Shown here: positions 1-12,803 of the stretch, piece after piece
Layout of the letters: the number at the start of each line of letters is the position of its first letter
Position numbering within the stretch: position 1 is the first letter of the stretch
Assembly: GCA_951406725.2 (NCBI GenBank)
Contig: OX597836.1
Span: forward strand, 41,912,001 to 41,976,000
Length of the DNA: 64,000 nt
From: Octopus vulgaris
Taxonomy: Eukaryota
Reading direction: 5' to 3'
Program-made: the position numbers and the translations under genes
Notes under the pieces: model-generated
The model's database searches: none
Told to the model about the DNA's origin: nothing
The model's input: only the letters and a program-made list of their open reading frames with translations

Positions 1-106
1 ACTACTACTACTACTACCGCCAATAACAACAAAAACAACAACACGTCCACAGCCAACAACAACGAAGGCGACGATGACATCAATACTAACCCTACCACCA
101 ACCACC

Positions 107-158
<52 letters not shown>
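1..158. repeat. (CAA/CAC/TAC)n trinucleotide microsatellite
   Basis: Direct reading of the sequence. Confidence 0.9.
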
Positions 159-702
159 CTCCCTAACATCTACGACACCAACATGTCTGGAGTGACATTG
201 ATTTTTCCCATGAAACGTAAAAGTTTATTTTACGTTCTGTCAATGTTTACGTCGATTGTCGGAGAAGAAACACATTAAAATCTAGTTCCGAACAATGTTA
301 GTGGAAACAAGAAGTTAATAGTCCAGAAATTTTAAATTATTTTAGGAAATCTTTCGAATTGTTAAATGTAATTGCTGTCACCTCGATCACAAGGTGATCA
401 TTTGTCAAGGTTTTACACTTTCCGAGTTGACGCTAGTTGCCAGCAAACGATAGAACAAGGATCATTAAGCTTTTTCACTAAATCTCTTAGCTTCTCTGTT
501 TGGCGAATGAGATTAGTTAGTGATCGTTAAAGTGTCATCATTTAGATGTTATCTCTGGTTTAATTTTAAAGTTTATGCCAACAGAAAGACAATGATGATA
601 TCTAACGAAGGTGGACATACGAGTGAAGTGGATTAAACGGATTTCAATATTTCACTGGTATTTAGTCGACTTCCAGGAGTCAAAATCAAGCCCTGGTGGG
701 AT

Positions 703-706
<4 letters not shown>

Positions 707-787
<81 letters not shown>

Positions 788-788
788 A
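707..788. repeat. (TA)n microsatellite
   Basis: Direct reading of the sequence. Confidence 0.95.
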
Positions 789-1039
789 AGCGCAAAATAA
801 ATGTCACAAAATATTTACTTTGGTGCTCAAGTGATTTCGACATTGATCCTGAAGATAAAGTAATAATAACATTCTATACTGTTTGATTGGTTGAAGTATC
901 GAAGGTATCTGATTGGTTGAATTACAAATGGCATCAGGTGACTAGTTCATATGTCGTTGTTATTGGTGGTGATGGTGGGGATGGTTGAGGTGGTGGCGAT
1001 AATGCTAGTGGTCGTGATGGTGATATTGTTTGTGTTGTT

Positions 1040-1041
1040 GT

Positions 1042-1073
<32 letters not shown>

Positions 1074-1461
1074 TTGCTGTTGAGCGAACGTTCTTCGTAC
1101 CAGAGCTCGCAAGATCGGAGAAGTCCGAAACGTGGTCCTTTGCTATTCGTAAGACCCGCAGAAGAGAAAGCAGGTCAACCTCCGACACCGAGAGCATCGA
1201 AGGATGGATGAATGCGCATCCAGGCTCGGCGGCTGCGTAGGAAGTCGGGGACAAGAAACAGGAAGAAAGAGTGAGAGAAAGTTGGAGCGAAAGTTGGAGC
1301 GAAAGAGTACAACAGGGGTCGCCACCACCCCTGCCGAAGCCTCGTGGAGCCTTTAGCTGTTTTCGCACAATAAACACACACAACGCCCGGTCTTGGAATC
1401 GAAATCGCGATCCTCCGACCGCGAGTCCGCTGCCCTAACCACTGAGCCATTGCGCCTCCAC
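1040..1461 (-). mobile_element. SINE family C (tRNA-Arg-like head) with tail A and (CAG/CAA)n end
   Basis: Head TGGAGGCGCAATGGCTCAGTGGTTAGGGCAGCGGACTCGCGGTC...GATTCC with A- and B-box-like motifs. Near-identical to the copies at 4384, 13642 and 50820. Confidence 0.9.
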
Positions 1462-1609
1462 TGTTGTTGTTGTTGTTGGTGGTGGTGGTTATGGTATTGG
1501 TCGTAATTATCATGGTGGTGGTGGTGGTGGTTGTGGTGGCAGTGGTGATGGTGGTCGTCATCATGCTGGTGATTGTCTGTGGTGGCGCTAATAAACCAAC
1601 TCCATAGAA

Positions 1610-2330
<721 letters not shown>

Positions 2331-2812
2331 CTTTTCCCGTCCTTCACTACATATATCTGACCGAAAGTTCCCAGGATCTGCCACTCGTCTCAAAAACGAA
2401 ATTACCAAAACGAATAATATTGGTTTTATGATTTTCTCTTTCAAAAGAGAAACGGTTTTCATTTGCTTTCAGCGACTATATTTTATAAATATCTCAGACA
2501 GGAAAGCAATTTTATTAATTAACTAAATTAATAGTTAATGCACTGAATGACGTATGGAGGAAATTTTTTTCAATTGATTGGAATTTCCCGTTTAATTGGA
2601 GAAAGAAAAATAATGACCAAAAATAAAAGCAAGAAAATAACAAAATGGTAATACGCGAAGAGATAAATTGTTTTAGTACCTCTGCTCTTTTGCTGACAAT
2701 GGATTATGTACAATAATATCTTGGAAAAACTAAACGATAACAGATGTAAATATACACACAGTTACTTAACTACGGTTCTTTTATTTGTTTCAGTCATTGG
2801 ATAGCGGCCATA

Positions 2813-3145
2813 AGGCGGCGAGCTGGCAGAAACGTTAGCACGCCGGGCGAAATGCGTAGCCGTATTTCGTCTGACGTTATGTTCTGAGTTCAAATTCCGC
2901 CGAGGTCGACTTTGCCTTTCAGCCTTTCGAGGTCGATTAAATAAGTACCAGTTACGCACTGGGGTTGAAATAATCGACTTAATCCGTTTCTCTGTCCTTG
3001 TTTGTCCTCTCTGTGTTTAGCCCCTTGTGGGTAGTAAAGAAATAGGTATTTCGTCTGCCGTTACGTTCTGAGTTCAAATTCCGCCGAGGTCGACCTTGTC
3101 TTTCATCTTTTCAGGGTCGATTAAATAAGTACCAGTTACGCACAG
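2813..3145 (+). mobile_element. SINE family B (Deu/Nin-like core): full unit plus partial second unit
   Basis: GGCGGCGAGCTGGCAGAAACGTTAG head, GAGTTCAAATTCC B-box and GCCTTTCA..CCTTTCGRGGTCGAT..AAGTACCAG core. More than 10 copies in the window. Confidence 0.85.
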
Positions 3146-3147
3146 GG

Positions 3148-3148
<1 letters not shown>

Positions 3149-3179
<31 letters not shown>

Positions 3180-3283
3180 AAGAAGAAGAAGAAGAAGAAG
3201 AAGAAGAAGAAGAAGAAGAAGAAGAAGAAGAAGAACGTGAGGAATAAGAAGGGGAAGAGAATGGGGAGGAGGAGGGGAATGGG

Positions 3284-3319
<36 letters not shown>

Positions 3320-3491
3320 AGAAGAAGAACGTGAGGAATGAGAAGGGGAAGAGAATGGGGAGGAGGAGGGGAATGGGGGGGAAGAAGAAGAAGAAAAAGA
3401 AGAGGAAGAAGAAGAAGAAGAAGAACGTGAGGAATGAGAAGGGGAAGAGAATGGGGAGGAGGAGGGGAATGGGGGGAAGAAGAAGAAGAAA

Positions 3492-3522
<31 letters not shown>

Positions 3523-3650
3523 AGAAGAAGAACGTGAGGAATGAGAAGGGGAAGAGAATGGGGAGGAGGAGGGGAAGGGGGAAGAAGAAGAAGAAGAAGA
3601 AGAAGAAGAAGAAGAAGAAGAAGAAGAAGGAGGAAGGGAGAGGAGAAGAA
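3149..3650. repeat. (GAA)n tract with 4 interspersed copies of a ~55-bp purine-rich unit
   Basis: AAGAACGTGAGGAAT(G/A)AGAAGGGGAAGAGAATGGGGAGGAGGAGGGGAA recurs at about 3231, 3325, 3421 and 3528. Confidence 0.9.
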
Positions 3651-3799
3651 ACGGCAACAGCACGAACAACAACAAACAGCTACTGAAAATAAATATTTAG
3701 AAATATTCTTGATATATAATAATAAAATTATACGACGAGGAGATAAATCAAAAACTGTTGAGCTTTTCATTTCGAAAGTGAAAGTAGATGAATATTTGA

Positions 3800-4235
3800 T
3801 ACTCTTTTACTCTTTTACTTCTTTCAGTCAGTTGACTGCGGCCATGCTGCAGCACCGCCTTTAGTCGAGCAAATCGACGCGGGACTTATTCTTTTGTAAG
3901 CCCAGTACTTATTCTATCGGTCTCTTTTGCCGAACCGCTAAGTGACGGGGACGTAAACACACCAACATCGGTTGTCAAGCAATGCTAGGGGAACAAACAC
4001 AGACACACAAACATACACGCACACACACATATATATACACACACACATATATATATATACATACATATATACGACGGGCTTCTCTCAGTTTCCGTCTACC
4101 AAATCCACTCACAAGGCATTGGTCGACCCGAGGCTATAGTAGAAGACACTTGCCTAAGGTGCCACGCAGTGGGACTGAACCCGGAACCATGTGGTTGGTA
4201 AACAAGCTACTTACCACACAGCCACTCCTGCGCCT
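3800..4235 (-). mobile_element. SINE family A (tRNA-like head, internal TA/GT microsatellite, GTAAAAGA tail)
   Basis: Reverse complement starts AGGCGCAGGAGTGGCTGTGTGGTAAG with a GGTTCAGTCCC B-box. About 25 copies in the window. Confidence 0.9.
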
Positions 4236-4383
4236 ATTCATTTCATTTTTTAAATTCTAAATAGATACATTTAACTGTTATCTTGTGACAGGGAAGAAGA
4301 TGGAGAGAGAAGCGAGAGTGGGGAGGGTGGTGGATATAAACAGGAAATATTAGTTACCAGTATCAACGGCAGCAGCAACAGTG

Positions 4384-4775
4384 CGAGGCGCAATGGCCCA
4401 GTGGTTAGGGCAGCGGACTCGCGGTCGGACGATCGCGGTTTCGATTCCCAGACTGGGCGTTGTGTGTCTTTATTGAGCGAAAAACACCTAAAGCTCCACG
4501 AGGCTCCGGCAGGGGGTGGTGGCGGCCCCTGTTGTACTCTTTCGCCCCAACTTTCTCTCACTCTTTCTTCCTGTTTCTTGTCCCCGACTTCCTACGCAAC
4601 CGCTGAGCCTGGATGCGCATTCATCCATCCGTCGATGCTCTCGGTGTCGGGGGTTGACCTGCTTTCTCTTCTGCGGGTCTTACGAATAGCAAAGGACCAC
4701 GCTTCGGACTTCTCCCACTGGGACGAAGACCACTTCGCTCAACAGCAACAGCAACAGCAGCAGCAGCAGCAACAA
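4384..4775 (+). mobile_element. SINE family C, tail A
   Basis: Same head and tail as 1040-1461; ends in (CAA/CAG)n. Confidence 0.9.
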
Positions 4776-4815
4776 TGTGTGGCGCAATGACCCCGTGGTT
4801 AGGGCAGCGGGCTCG

Positions 4816-4975
4816 CGGTGTTGGAATATTTATGTATAGACCTGGATTTGATTTGCAGGCATTAGTAATTATTCGACTCTTGTGGATTTTGGGAAGGCCA
4901 TAGAAAAGGCTTGGTTTGCATTTAAAGTTTGTGATATAGTCTTTTTTCTTTTTCTGTGAGACCTTTTCCATGTCT
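4816..4975 (-). pseudogene. Penelope-like reverse transcriptase fragment (inverted part)
   Basis: Translates to KDYITNFKCKPSLFYGLPKIHKS...YINIPTP. FYGLPKIHK is a typical PLE RT motif. Confidence 0.8.
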
Positions 4976-4990
4976 GAGTATTAAAGCTGT

Positions 4991-5400
4991 AATATCCCAA
5001 CACCAGAAGACTTAAAATTAAGGCCTATTATAGCGGGCCCAGCCTGTGAAGCAACTTTCTGCATATCTTTATATATAAAAGTGAAGTTGTGTGTCTGTCT
5101 CCTACGATTTAGATTCCTAACTACTCCCACATTTTGCGGTGCAGTTTAACCAAAACCGGGTATCTTATAGTCGTGATTCATATCGAGCCCTTCTGGGTAT
5201 TAGCGCGCGTCTACGATGAGTCTACGATTAAAAAAAAAAATTACCATCATTTTTTCCCATTTTTAATGCATTTTTTTCTATTATATAAGGGAAGTAACTC
5301 TCTAAAAATGCTTATATAGTTATTTCCCTTACAAACCCGAGCAACGCCGGGCGATACTGCATATGTTATTTAAACCTTTCCTCAGATACGTTAAAAAATA
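4991..5400 (+). pseudogene. Penelope-like RT fragment (continuation), interrupted by a Helitron
   Basis: Translates to NIPTPEDLKLRPIIAGPACE. After the insertion it reads LFKPFLRYVKKY. RPII follows the PKIHK motif in PLE RTs. Confidence 0.7.
5066..5360 (+). mobile_element. Non-autonomous Helitron, terminal CTAG lost
   Basis: 5' TCTTTATATATAAAAG and 3' CCCGAGCAACGCCGGG hairpin. Homologous to 9956-10351. Confidence 0.8.
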
Positions 5401-5473
5401 TAAAATGGCGACAATTTACACATCGCCCCCTGTATGTCTACGCGTACATAAATAATGCACATATACACATAAA

Positions 5474-5513
<40 letters not shown>

Positions 5514-5833
5514 GATGCATGTATGCGTGTGCGCATTCATATATTCTATATTAATGGAAGTCGAGAGTTCACAGTTCGTAGCTTACAGATTTGCGCTTCC
5601 GGTCCTCCTACAAAACAAGAAGAATGATTCAAGGAGTGTGTTATTTTGGATGCGTAGGAATATTACGAGCCAAGGAGAGCTTTTTGCTTGGGTGAGGAAA
5701 AACAAATGCAAAGAAATCAATCGATAAAAAAAAAACAGCGTAACCAAGAAACGGTTGTTAAAGGTGGAATATTAAATCTTTAAAATGGTTTTGACGACAA
5801 CGCATAAACATCTAAAAAGAAATGTATCACCAT

Positions 5834-6250
5834 AGGCGCAGGAGTGGCTGCGTGGTAAGTAGCTTGCTTACGAACCACATGGTTCCGGGTTCAGTCCCAC
5901 TGTGTGGCATCTTGGGCAAGTGTCTTCTGCTATAGCCTCGGGCCGACCAATGCCTTGTGAGTGGATTTGGTAGACGGAAACTGAAAGAAGCCTGTCGTAT
6001 ATATGTATATATATATATCTATGTGTGTGTATATGTTTGTGTTTGTCCCCCCCCCCCCCCACCATCGCTTGACAACCGATGCTGGTGTGTTTACGTCCCC
6101 GTCACTTAGCGGTTCGGCAAAAAGAGACCGATAGTATAAGTACTGGGCTTACAAAGAATAAGTCCCGGGGTCGATTTGCTCGACTAAAGGTGGTGCCCCA
6201 GCATGGCCGCAGTCAAATGACTGAAACAAGTAAAAGAGTAAGAGAGAGTA
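5834..6250 (+). mobile_element. SINE family A
   Basis: Full-length match to the family consensus seen in this window. Confidence 0.9.
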
Positions 6251-6417
6251 TAAAAGTTAACAGAGATATCTCTGACGAGCGTTAGGTTACGGAAGATGCA
6301 AATTTTTCTATGCAAGCATTCAGTGCTTAACAATTGTAATTGAAACTCAATGATAAATGTCAACTACCGTGATTAGGATGGCTGTATTGTACTGATAAGT
6401 ATTATACCCTTTTAATA

Positions 6418-6625
6418 TTTTACTTGTTTCAGCCATTTGACTGCGGCCATGCTGCAGCACCGCCTTTCAGTCGAGCAAATCGACCCCAAGACCTATTCTT
6501 TGGATGCCTAGTACTTCTTGTATCAGTCTCTTTTGCCGAACCGTTAAGTTACGGGGACGTAAACACACCAGTATCGGTTGTCAAGCGATGTTGGGGTGAC
6601 AAACACAGACACACAAACACACACA

Positions 6626-6665
<40 letters not shown>

Positions 6666-6715
6666 CATATACGACGGGCTTCTTTGAGTCTCCGTCTACC
6701 AAATCCACTCACAAG
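6418..6715 (-). mobile_element. SINE family A, head missing
   Basis: Matches the 3' two-thirds of family A. Confidence 0.85.
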
Positions 6716-6777
6716 TTACTATAATTTATTAGTTTCTTTTGCATATTCTTAGTTTATGCATGTGTATGCAAATATAT

Positions 6778-7009
6778 ATTTCTTTACTGCCCACAAGGGG
6801 CTAAACATAGAGGGGACAAAGAAGAACAGACAAAGGGATTAAGTCGATTACATCGACCCCAGTGCGAAACTGGTACTTTATTTATCGACCCCGAAAGGAT
6901 GAAAGGCAAAGTCGACCTCTGCAGAATTTGAACTCAGAACGTAACGACAGACGAAATACCGCTAAGCGTTTCGCCCGGCGCGCTAACGTTTCTGCCAGCT
7001 CGCCGCCTT
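6778..7009 (-). mobile_element. SINE family B
   Basis: Reverse-complement match to the 2813 copy. Confidence 0.88.
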
Positions 7010-7593
7010 CGTTGTGTATGCAAATATAGTATTGGTATATCCCATTTATGTTCATTAGAAATTAAATAAATAAATAAAGAATTTTGACATGTACGAATAT
7101 TTATTTCACCCCACTGTATATATATATATATACATACATACATATATACTTGTTTTTCTATATACAAACATGTCTCTTTATATACGCATATACACAAAAT
7201 AGTTATGTATAAAGATACGTAAATATCTAAGCAGCTGAGTAGGGCAGAGGTGAAAATTTAAAAGCAAAAAAAAAAAAAGAAAATTAGTAACATCTCCATC
7301 TTGATTTATGGTCATCTGAAGGAGAGAAAATTGGCAAAGATGATGATGTTAAAAATGAATAAACAGAGTTTCGGCGGAATTACGGTCTTACGAGACGAGA
7401 TCACGTTATGGAGCGTGACAACGCATAATGGGTGAAGATCATGAATCTTGCAAAGTGGTGGCAATGTGTGCGTGTGCGTAACCAAGGTGAGTAAAGGTAT
7501 ATTAAATAACATTCAAGATAGATTTTTGATTCATTGGAATTATCTCCGCTTCCAGAGAGAGTAGGCCAAGCGCTTCGTGGCAATTGGAACCAT

Positions 7594-7796
7594 ATGTGTG
7601 TGTGTGTGTGTGTGTGTGCGTGCGTGAGTGTGCGTGTATGTGTGTTTGTGTGTGTGTGTTATGTGTGTTCATCAGTGCGTGTGTCTGTATATGTGTGTGT
7701 GCGTGTTTTGTGTGTGTATACTTGTATTTTGTGTGTGTGAGCGTCTGTGCGTCTCTATATACGTTTGTGTTATGTTTATGCATAAGTGTGTGTCTG

Positions 7797-7829
<33 letters not shown>

Positions 7830-8020
7830 ATGCTGTGTGTTTGTGACAGAGAGAGAGCGAGAGTGAGGGAGAGTGTGTGTGTGTTCAAATGTATGGTTCT
7901 GTGTGTTTCTTATGTGTGTTTATGCGTGTGTAGTCATGTGTATGTGTCTGCGTGTGTTGTATATGTTATGCGTGCTGTGTGTATATGTGTGAGAGAGACA
8001 GAGTGTATGTGTGTGTTCGT
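7594..8020. repeat. Degenerate (GT)n tract
   Basis: Direct reading of the sequence. Confidence 0.9.
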
Positions 8021-8059
8021 GCCTACTCCACCTAATAAAAGATATCACAGTATTGCAGT

Positions 8060-8370
8060 ATTGAGCAGATCATCCGATGCTGTTACACACCGCTTGTCAC
8101 GATGCGTCCCTAATTGCCCCATTTCTTGATTGCCCCATTCTTTTCGTCTTGACCTAAATTGCTTAATTACATCGTCTTCCCACCGTCATAGAGGCATTCC
8201 AAATGGCATTTCCCGGTCTTTCGGATACTACTCGACAACTGAGCGGTTCCACTTGTTGTCTATGGACCTTTCTACATGTTCAGTTCGGCAGAAGTTGTAC
8301 TTTTGGTATTCTGCCATTACATTCTTCACTTTGCTCCGTTTCCGAACGATCTCATTTCAAATGTGCTCTC

Positions 8371-8372
<2 letters not shown>
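8060..8372 (-). pseudogene. RTE-clade LINE ORF C-terminal remnant
   Basis: Minus strand reads REHI*NEIVRKRSKVKNV...EHVERSIDNKWNRSVVE*YPKDREMPFGMPL*RWEDDV. This is a decayed RTE GHV.R...RW..D region. Confidence 0.65.
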
Positions 8373-8426
<54 letters not shown>

Positions 8427-8427
<1 letters not shown>

Positions 8428-8763
8428 GGGGAGCATCATAGCCATGTGTTGAGAAAGATTCTTTGGGGTTTGAATAATTCACCTCTGGAAACATGGGTGT
8501 TTCGTTCAACGTCCTTAAACAACCCTTATTTCAGGGACCTTTTGAGTGGGATGGGTTACTCGATCTGAAGAAAATTCTAACTGGGCTCCACCTGCAAGGT
8601 CATGTGCTGTTTATCTTGATATGAGATCACCATGTCGCGCACATATGGTTGTGATGCATGTGCCTGGTGTACCCTTATCAGACGGGTAGTCATGATGGGT
8701 ATACTGGGCTTCGTATATTTTACCCCAGTGTCACTTTGATGGCATGCTCTGCTCGCTCACTCA
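8427..8763 (+). mobile_element. (AAT)n-embedded retroelement 3' part (putative R4/Dong 3' UTR or dependent element), 5'-truncated
   Basis: Flanked by (AAT)n on both sides. Ends CTCACTCAATAATAAT like the other copies. Confidence 0.8.
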
Positions 8764-9229
8764 ATAATAATAATGATAATAATAATAATAAGTAGGTATA
8801 AACACTTGAACAAAATAAAAATAAACAAAAACAAGTTACACGAACGTGTATAAACAAGAGATACAAATATTAAAGGCACTTCCCCCACACACACACACAC
8901 ACACTAACTAAACATAGAGACACATAGAGGTATACGCATGCGCAAATGAAGACACATACAATTGGAATACAAAATACAAAATGGCTGACCGTTAGTAAGG
9001 AGAGACACACAAATAAGAAAGGAGAAAGCAAAAGACCACTGATGAGGTCACAGAAGTGTGACGAAAGAACTCTGGCCAAAATAAGATTAAGATTAATGTA
9101 AAAAATAAATAACGCTAAAGCAAAGTAACACCAAATATATAGTGCGTGTGTTTTTATTGGCTAAACTGGCAAAATGACCATTCCTAAATACAACAACAAT
9201 AATAATAATAATTTTTTTAAAGATTTTAG

Positions 9230-9470
9230 CACCAGGCAAAGAGTTAGACCATGGGTATCCCCATGGCAGTTAATTTCGCTAATGTCTTCATGGCGAAATT
9301 CGAGACACAGTTAGTGAAGACATTCAAATCTCTTCATGGTCATGAATCAATACTCTGTTTACGGTTCATTGATGGCGTATTTTTGTCTGGGAAGAATCAC
9401 AGGATAGTTTAATGGACTTCTTGCATTTCTGTGATTGTTATGCAAAGAAACTATGGCTTGAAGTCCTACA
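9230..9470 (+). pseudogene. Penelope-like RT core fragment
   Basis: MGIPMAVNFANVFMAKFETQL, then LRFIDGVF (decayed RY/FIDD). These are PLE RT motifs. Confidence 0.7.
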
Positions 9471-9955
9471 TAAAATTTACGAGATGCAGCACGAAGTTTT
9501 GTCAGTGAACAGGTCGCGGTCTCAAAGCGACGAAAATATTTTGACAAATTAAATTTAAATGTTGAAGTGAATCTAACGGTTTTTGTGTGTTTCTTAAATG
9601 GCTTATAAACACCTTTCCACGCTGCAATTGTTCAAAATTTACGTCGATTTTCAAAAACTAGCGTTGAATTTTTGGACACAAAAGTCAAGTTTTCTGGAGG
9701 CAAATCTAAAGATGAATTGCTTTGTTTGTTGCTTGAAAAGTGAGCAGAAATTCCACAAGAGACAATCACAAAGCTCATCAGTTCAATGCCAAAAAATTTC
9801 TAAATTAAAAACTGTAAAAGGATGTCAACTAAATACTAAAGTATGTAGTCCTACCTATCGATTACATTTCATTTGTTCGCTTTGTGTATTAAATAAAATG
9901 GTACCATCTTTGCATATTAATTATATATTATAATATATATTAATAATATATAATA

Positions 9956-10351
9956 CTAGCAGTATCGCCCGGCGTTGCTCGGGTTTGTAAGGGAAATAAC
10001 TAAATAAGCATTTTTAGAGAGATATAGCTAAACAACAGCAAAAAAATGCATTAAAAATGGAAAATAAATTATGGTAAATTTTTTTTAAATCGTTGACTCA
10101 TCGTAGACATTTTTAGAGAGTTACTTCCCTTATATAATAGCGAAAAAATGCATGAAAATGGAAAAAAATTATGGTAATTTTTTTTAAAATCGTAGACTCA
10201 TCGTAGACGCACGCTAATACCCAGAAGGGTTCGATATGAATAACGACTATGAGATACCCGCTTTTGGTTAAACTGCACCGCAAAATGTGGGAGTAGTTAG
10301 GAATCTAAATCGTAGGAGACAGACACACAACTTCACTTTTATATATAAAGA
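9956..10351 (-). mobile_element. Non-autonomous Helitron, apparently complete
   Basis: On the minus strand: A|TC...CCCGAGCAACGCCGGG hairpin...CTAG|T, with no TSD. Confidence 0.85.
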
Positions 10352-10354
10352 TAT

Positions 10355-10525
10355 GATGATAATATTATGATATTATAATATTATTATAATATATTATAAT
10401 ATTATAATATTGTAATATTATAATATAAATATATAATATAATATAATATAATATAATAATATAATTAATAATATATATTAATAATATATATTAATAATAT
10501 ATATTAATAATATATTGTATATTAA
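10355..10525. repeat. AT-only low-complexity tract (TAATAT-like)
   Basis: Direct reading of the sequence. Confidence 0.85.
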
Positions 10526-10740
10526 TTCTTTGTGTATTAAATAAAATATTTTCAAAATTAAAGGTGTCTATTTACTTCCTGCATGTCTGTGTATATATCT
10601 TTCTGTTTACTTCTACCAAATCTACACACAAGGCATTGGTCGGCCCGAGGCTGTAGAAGAAGACACTTTCCCAAGGTGCCACGGATTGGGATTGAACCCG
10701 GCACCGTGTGATTAGCAAACTTTCTACCACACAGCTACAC

Positions 10741-10974
10741 TTATTTCTTTACTACCCAGAAGGGGCTAAACACAGAGGAGACAAACAAGGACAGACAAAC
10801 GGATTAAGTCGATTACATTGACCCCAGTGCGTAACTGGTACTTATTTAATCGATCCCGAAAGGATGAAAGGCAAAGACGGCCTCGGCGGAATTTGAACTC
10901 AGAACGTAACGGCAGACGAAATACGGCTACGCATTTCGCTCGGCGTGCTAACGATTCTGCCACCTCGCCGCCTT
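10741..10974 (-). mobile_element. SINE family B inserted into an older family A head (about 10600-10995)
   Basis: CCACACAGCTACAC is duplicated on both sides (TSD). Confidence 0.85.
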
Positions 10975-11395
10975 CCACACAGCTACACTACGCCTAAAAA
11001 TTTATCCCGAGAGAAAGAAAGATACTTACATATATACACATACACACACTCACACGCACACACACAGTTACACTCACACACACATACATATATATGCATT
11101 TAAGTATGTATATGTATGTAGGTATGTAAGTGTGTGCGCGCGCGCGTGTGCACCACATAAATTTTGGCTTTGATCTGCGTGAAAATATATGGCTTTATTG
11201 AGGTGTATAGAACATACATAGAGGCTCTTAAAAATATTTGTGATTTTATGAAAAATATAAACGTGAAAATTTAGAATTCAGACAATATGGAACATGTGAA
11301 GAAGAGCAAGAAGAATTCAGTAGGGAAAAAAATTATGCAAATCAGCAATGGGTGGGGAAAGGGGCAGAGAAGGGTTCGGATCTTGTAGATATATA

Positions 11396-11812
11396 TATTT
11401 CTTTACTACCCACAAGGGGCTAAACAAAGAGGGGACAAACAAGGACAGACAATCGGATTAAGTCGATTACATCGACCCCAGTGCGTAACTGGTACTTAAT
11501 TTATCGACCCCGAAAGGATGAAAGGCAAAGTTGACCTCGGCGGAATTTGAACTCAGAATGTAACGGCAGACGAAATACCTATTTCTTTACTACCCACAAG
11601 GGGCTAAACACAGAGGGGACAAAGAAGTACAGACAAACGGATTAAGTCGATTACATCGAGCCCAGTGCGTAACTGGTACTTAATTTATCGACCCCGAAAG
11701 GATGAAAGGCAAAGTCGACCTCGGCGGAATTTGAACTCAGAAGGTAGCGGCAGACGAAATACCGCTAAGCATTTCGCCCGGCGTGCTAACGATTCTGCCA
11801 GCTCTCCGCCTT
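11396..11812 (-). mobile_element. SINE family B dimer
   Basis: Two tandem units joined at GACGAAATAC|CTATTTCTTT. Confidence 0.88.
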
Positions 11813-11845
11813 ATAGATATAAGATATATATATTGTAGATATATA

Positions 11846-12045
11846 CAGAGTGCGATGGGTAAATTGTCACCATTTTATATTTTCAATTTCGTGCATGCGC
11901 ATTGTTTGTTTATTGATTTTGTCGACTACACAGTATAGTTGGGTCAGTTGAGCACCGTCTGTGAGAAAAGCAGCACCATGACGTAATTCACTCCGTCAGA
12001 AATTTGGAAACGACATGCTGTACTGCTTGGCATTCACGCCGGAAG
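11846..12045 (+). mobile_element. Tc1/mariner (maT-like) transposon 5' end
   Basis: TA|CAGAGTGCGATGGGTAAATTGTC terminus. The body matches the reverse complement of 15150-15262. Confidence 0.65.
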
Positions 12046-12204
12046 TCGACTTTGCCTTTCATCTTTTAGGGGTCGATAAATTAAGTAGCAGTTACGCACT
12101 GGGGTCGATGTAATCGCCTTAATCCGTTTGTCTGTCCTTGTTTGTCCCCTCTGTGTAGCCCCTTGTGGGCAGTAAAGAAATAGGTATTACATATTTCGGG
12201 TTGA

Positions 12205-12518
12205 AGGCATAGGTTATTTGTTCCTTCTCGAGCCATTACCTGGCTCATAAGGGCCGGTTTCCCGGTTTCCTTGGCGTATAGGTTCCCCACCTAGACTGGA
12301 CGCCGGTCCGTCGCAGGTGAGCTGCAAGATGCAGGAGGAAAGAGTGAGAGAAAGTTGTGGTGAAAGAGTCAGCAGAAGTTTCGCCATTACCTTCTGCTGG
12401 TGCCGCGTGGCGCTTAAGTGTTTCGCTCATAAACACACACATCGCACGGTCTGAGATTCGAACCCGCGATCCCTCGACCGCGTGTCCGCTGCTCTAACCA
12501 CTAGGCCATGTGCCTCTA
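12205..12518 (-). mobile_element. SINE family C-related, tail D
   Basis: Diverged family C head and core, then CCTGCGACGGACCGGCGTCCAGTCTAGG...GAAACCGGGAAACCGGCCC. Confidence 0.75.
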
Positions 12519-12803
12519 CGAAGGCACAGGTTGATTCTGAATATCGATGGTGGCATCTATCGCAACACTGGGCTTACTTTATTTATTTATTTATTTTATT
12601 TTTTGAGACATTATTTTGGTGATTCACAGATGAAAGTAACTTTTCTATTGTAAACCTTCTAAGTATTTCCATTCAGGCATCAGCAAATTTTGCCCGTTCC
12701 ATAAGAATGATGAAAGGCTAGACTACGTCTATTAGAGTTATTTCCCTTACATGGAGTTACACACACACACACACATACACAGTGTCTGTGGTATGATTTT
12801 CAA

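Noticed and set aside
3149-3650. Regularly spaced repeats as a CRISPR-like array
   Set aside because: The spacers are (GAA)n rather than unique sequence, and the context is eukaryotic. This is a higher-order microsatellite duplication.
4384-4460. tRNA-Arg-like sequences at SINE C heads
   Set aside because: They run into SINE bodies and lack a proper acceptor stem and terminator. Not tRNA genes.
6265-6305. CTGACGA-G-CGT...ACG-GAAG
   Set aside because: The second box is GAAG, and there is no stem III or cleavage triplet.
7310-7492. Perfect donor AAG|GTGAGT at 7486/7487
   Set aside because: No clear acceptor, and stops occur in all upstream frames within ~70 nt. A non-coding exon cannot be excluded but is unsupported.
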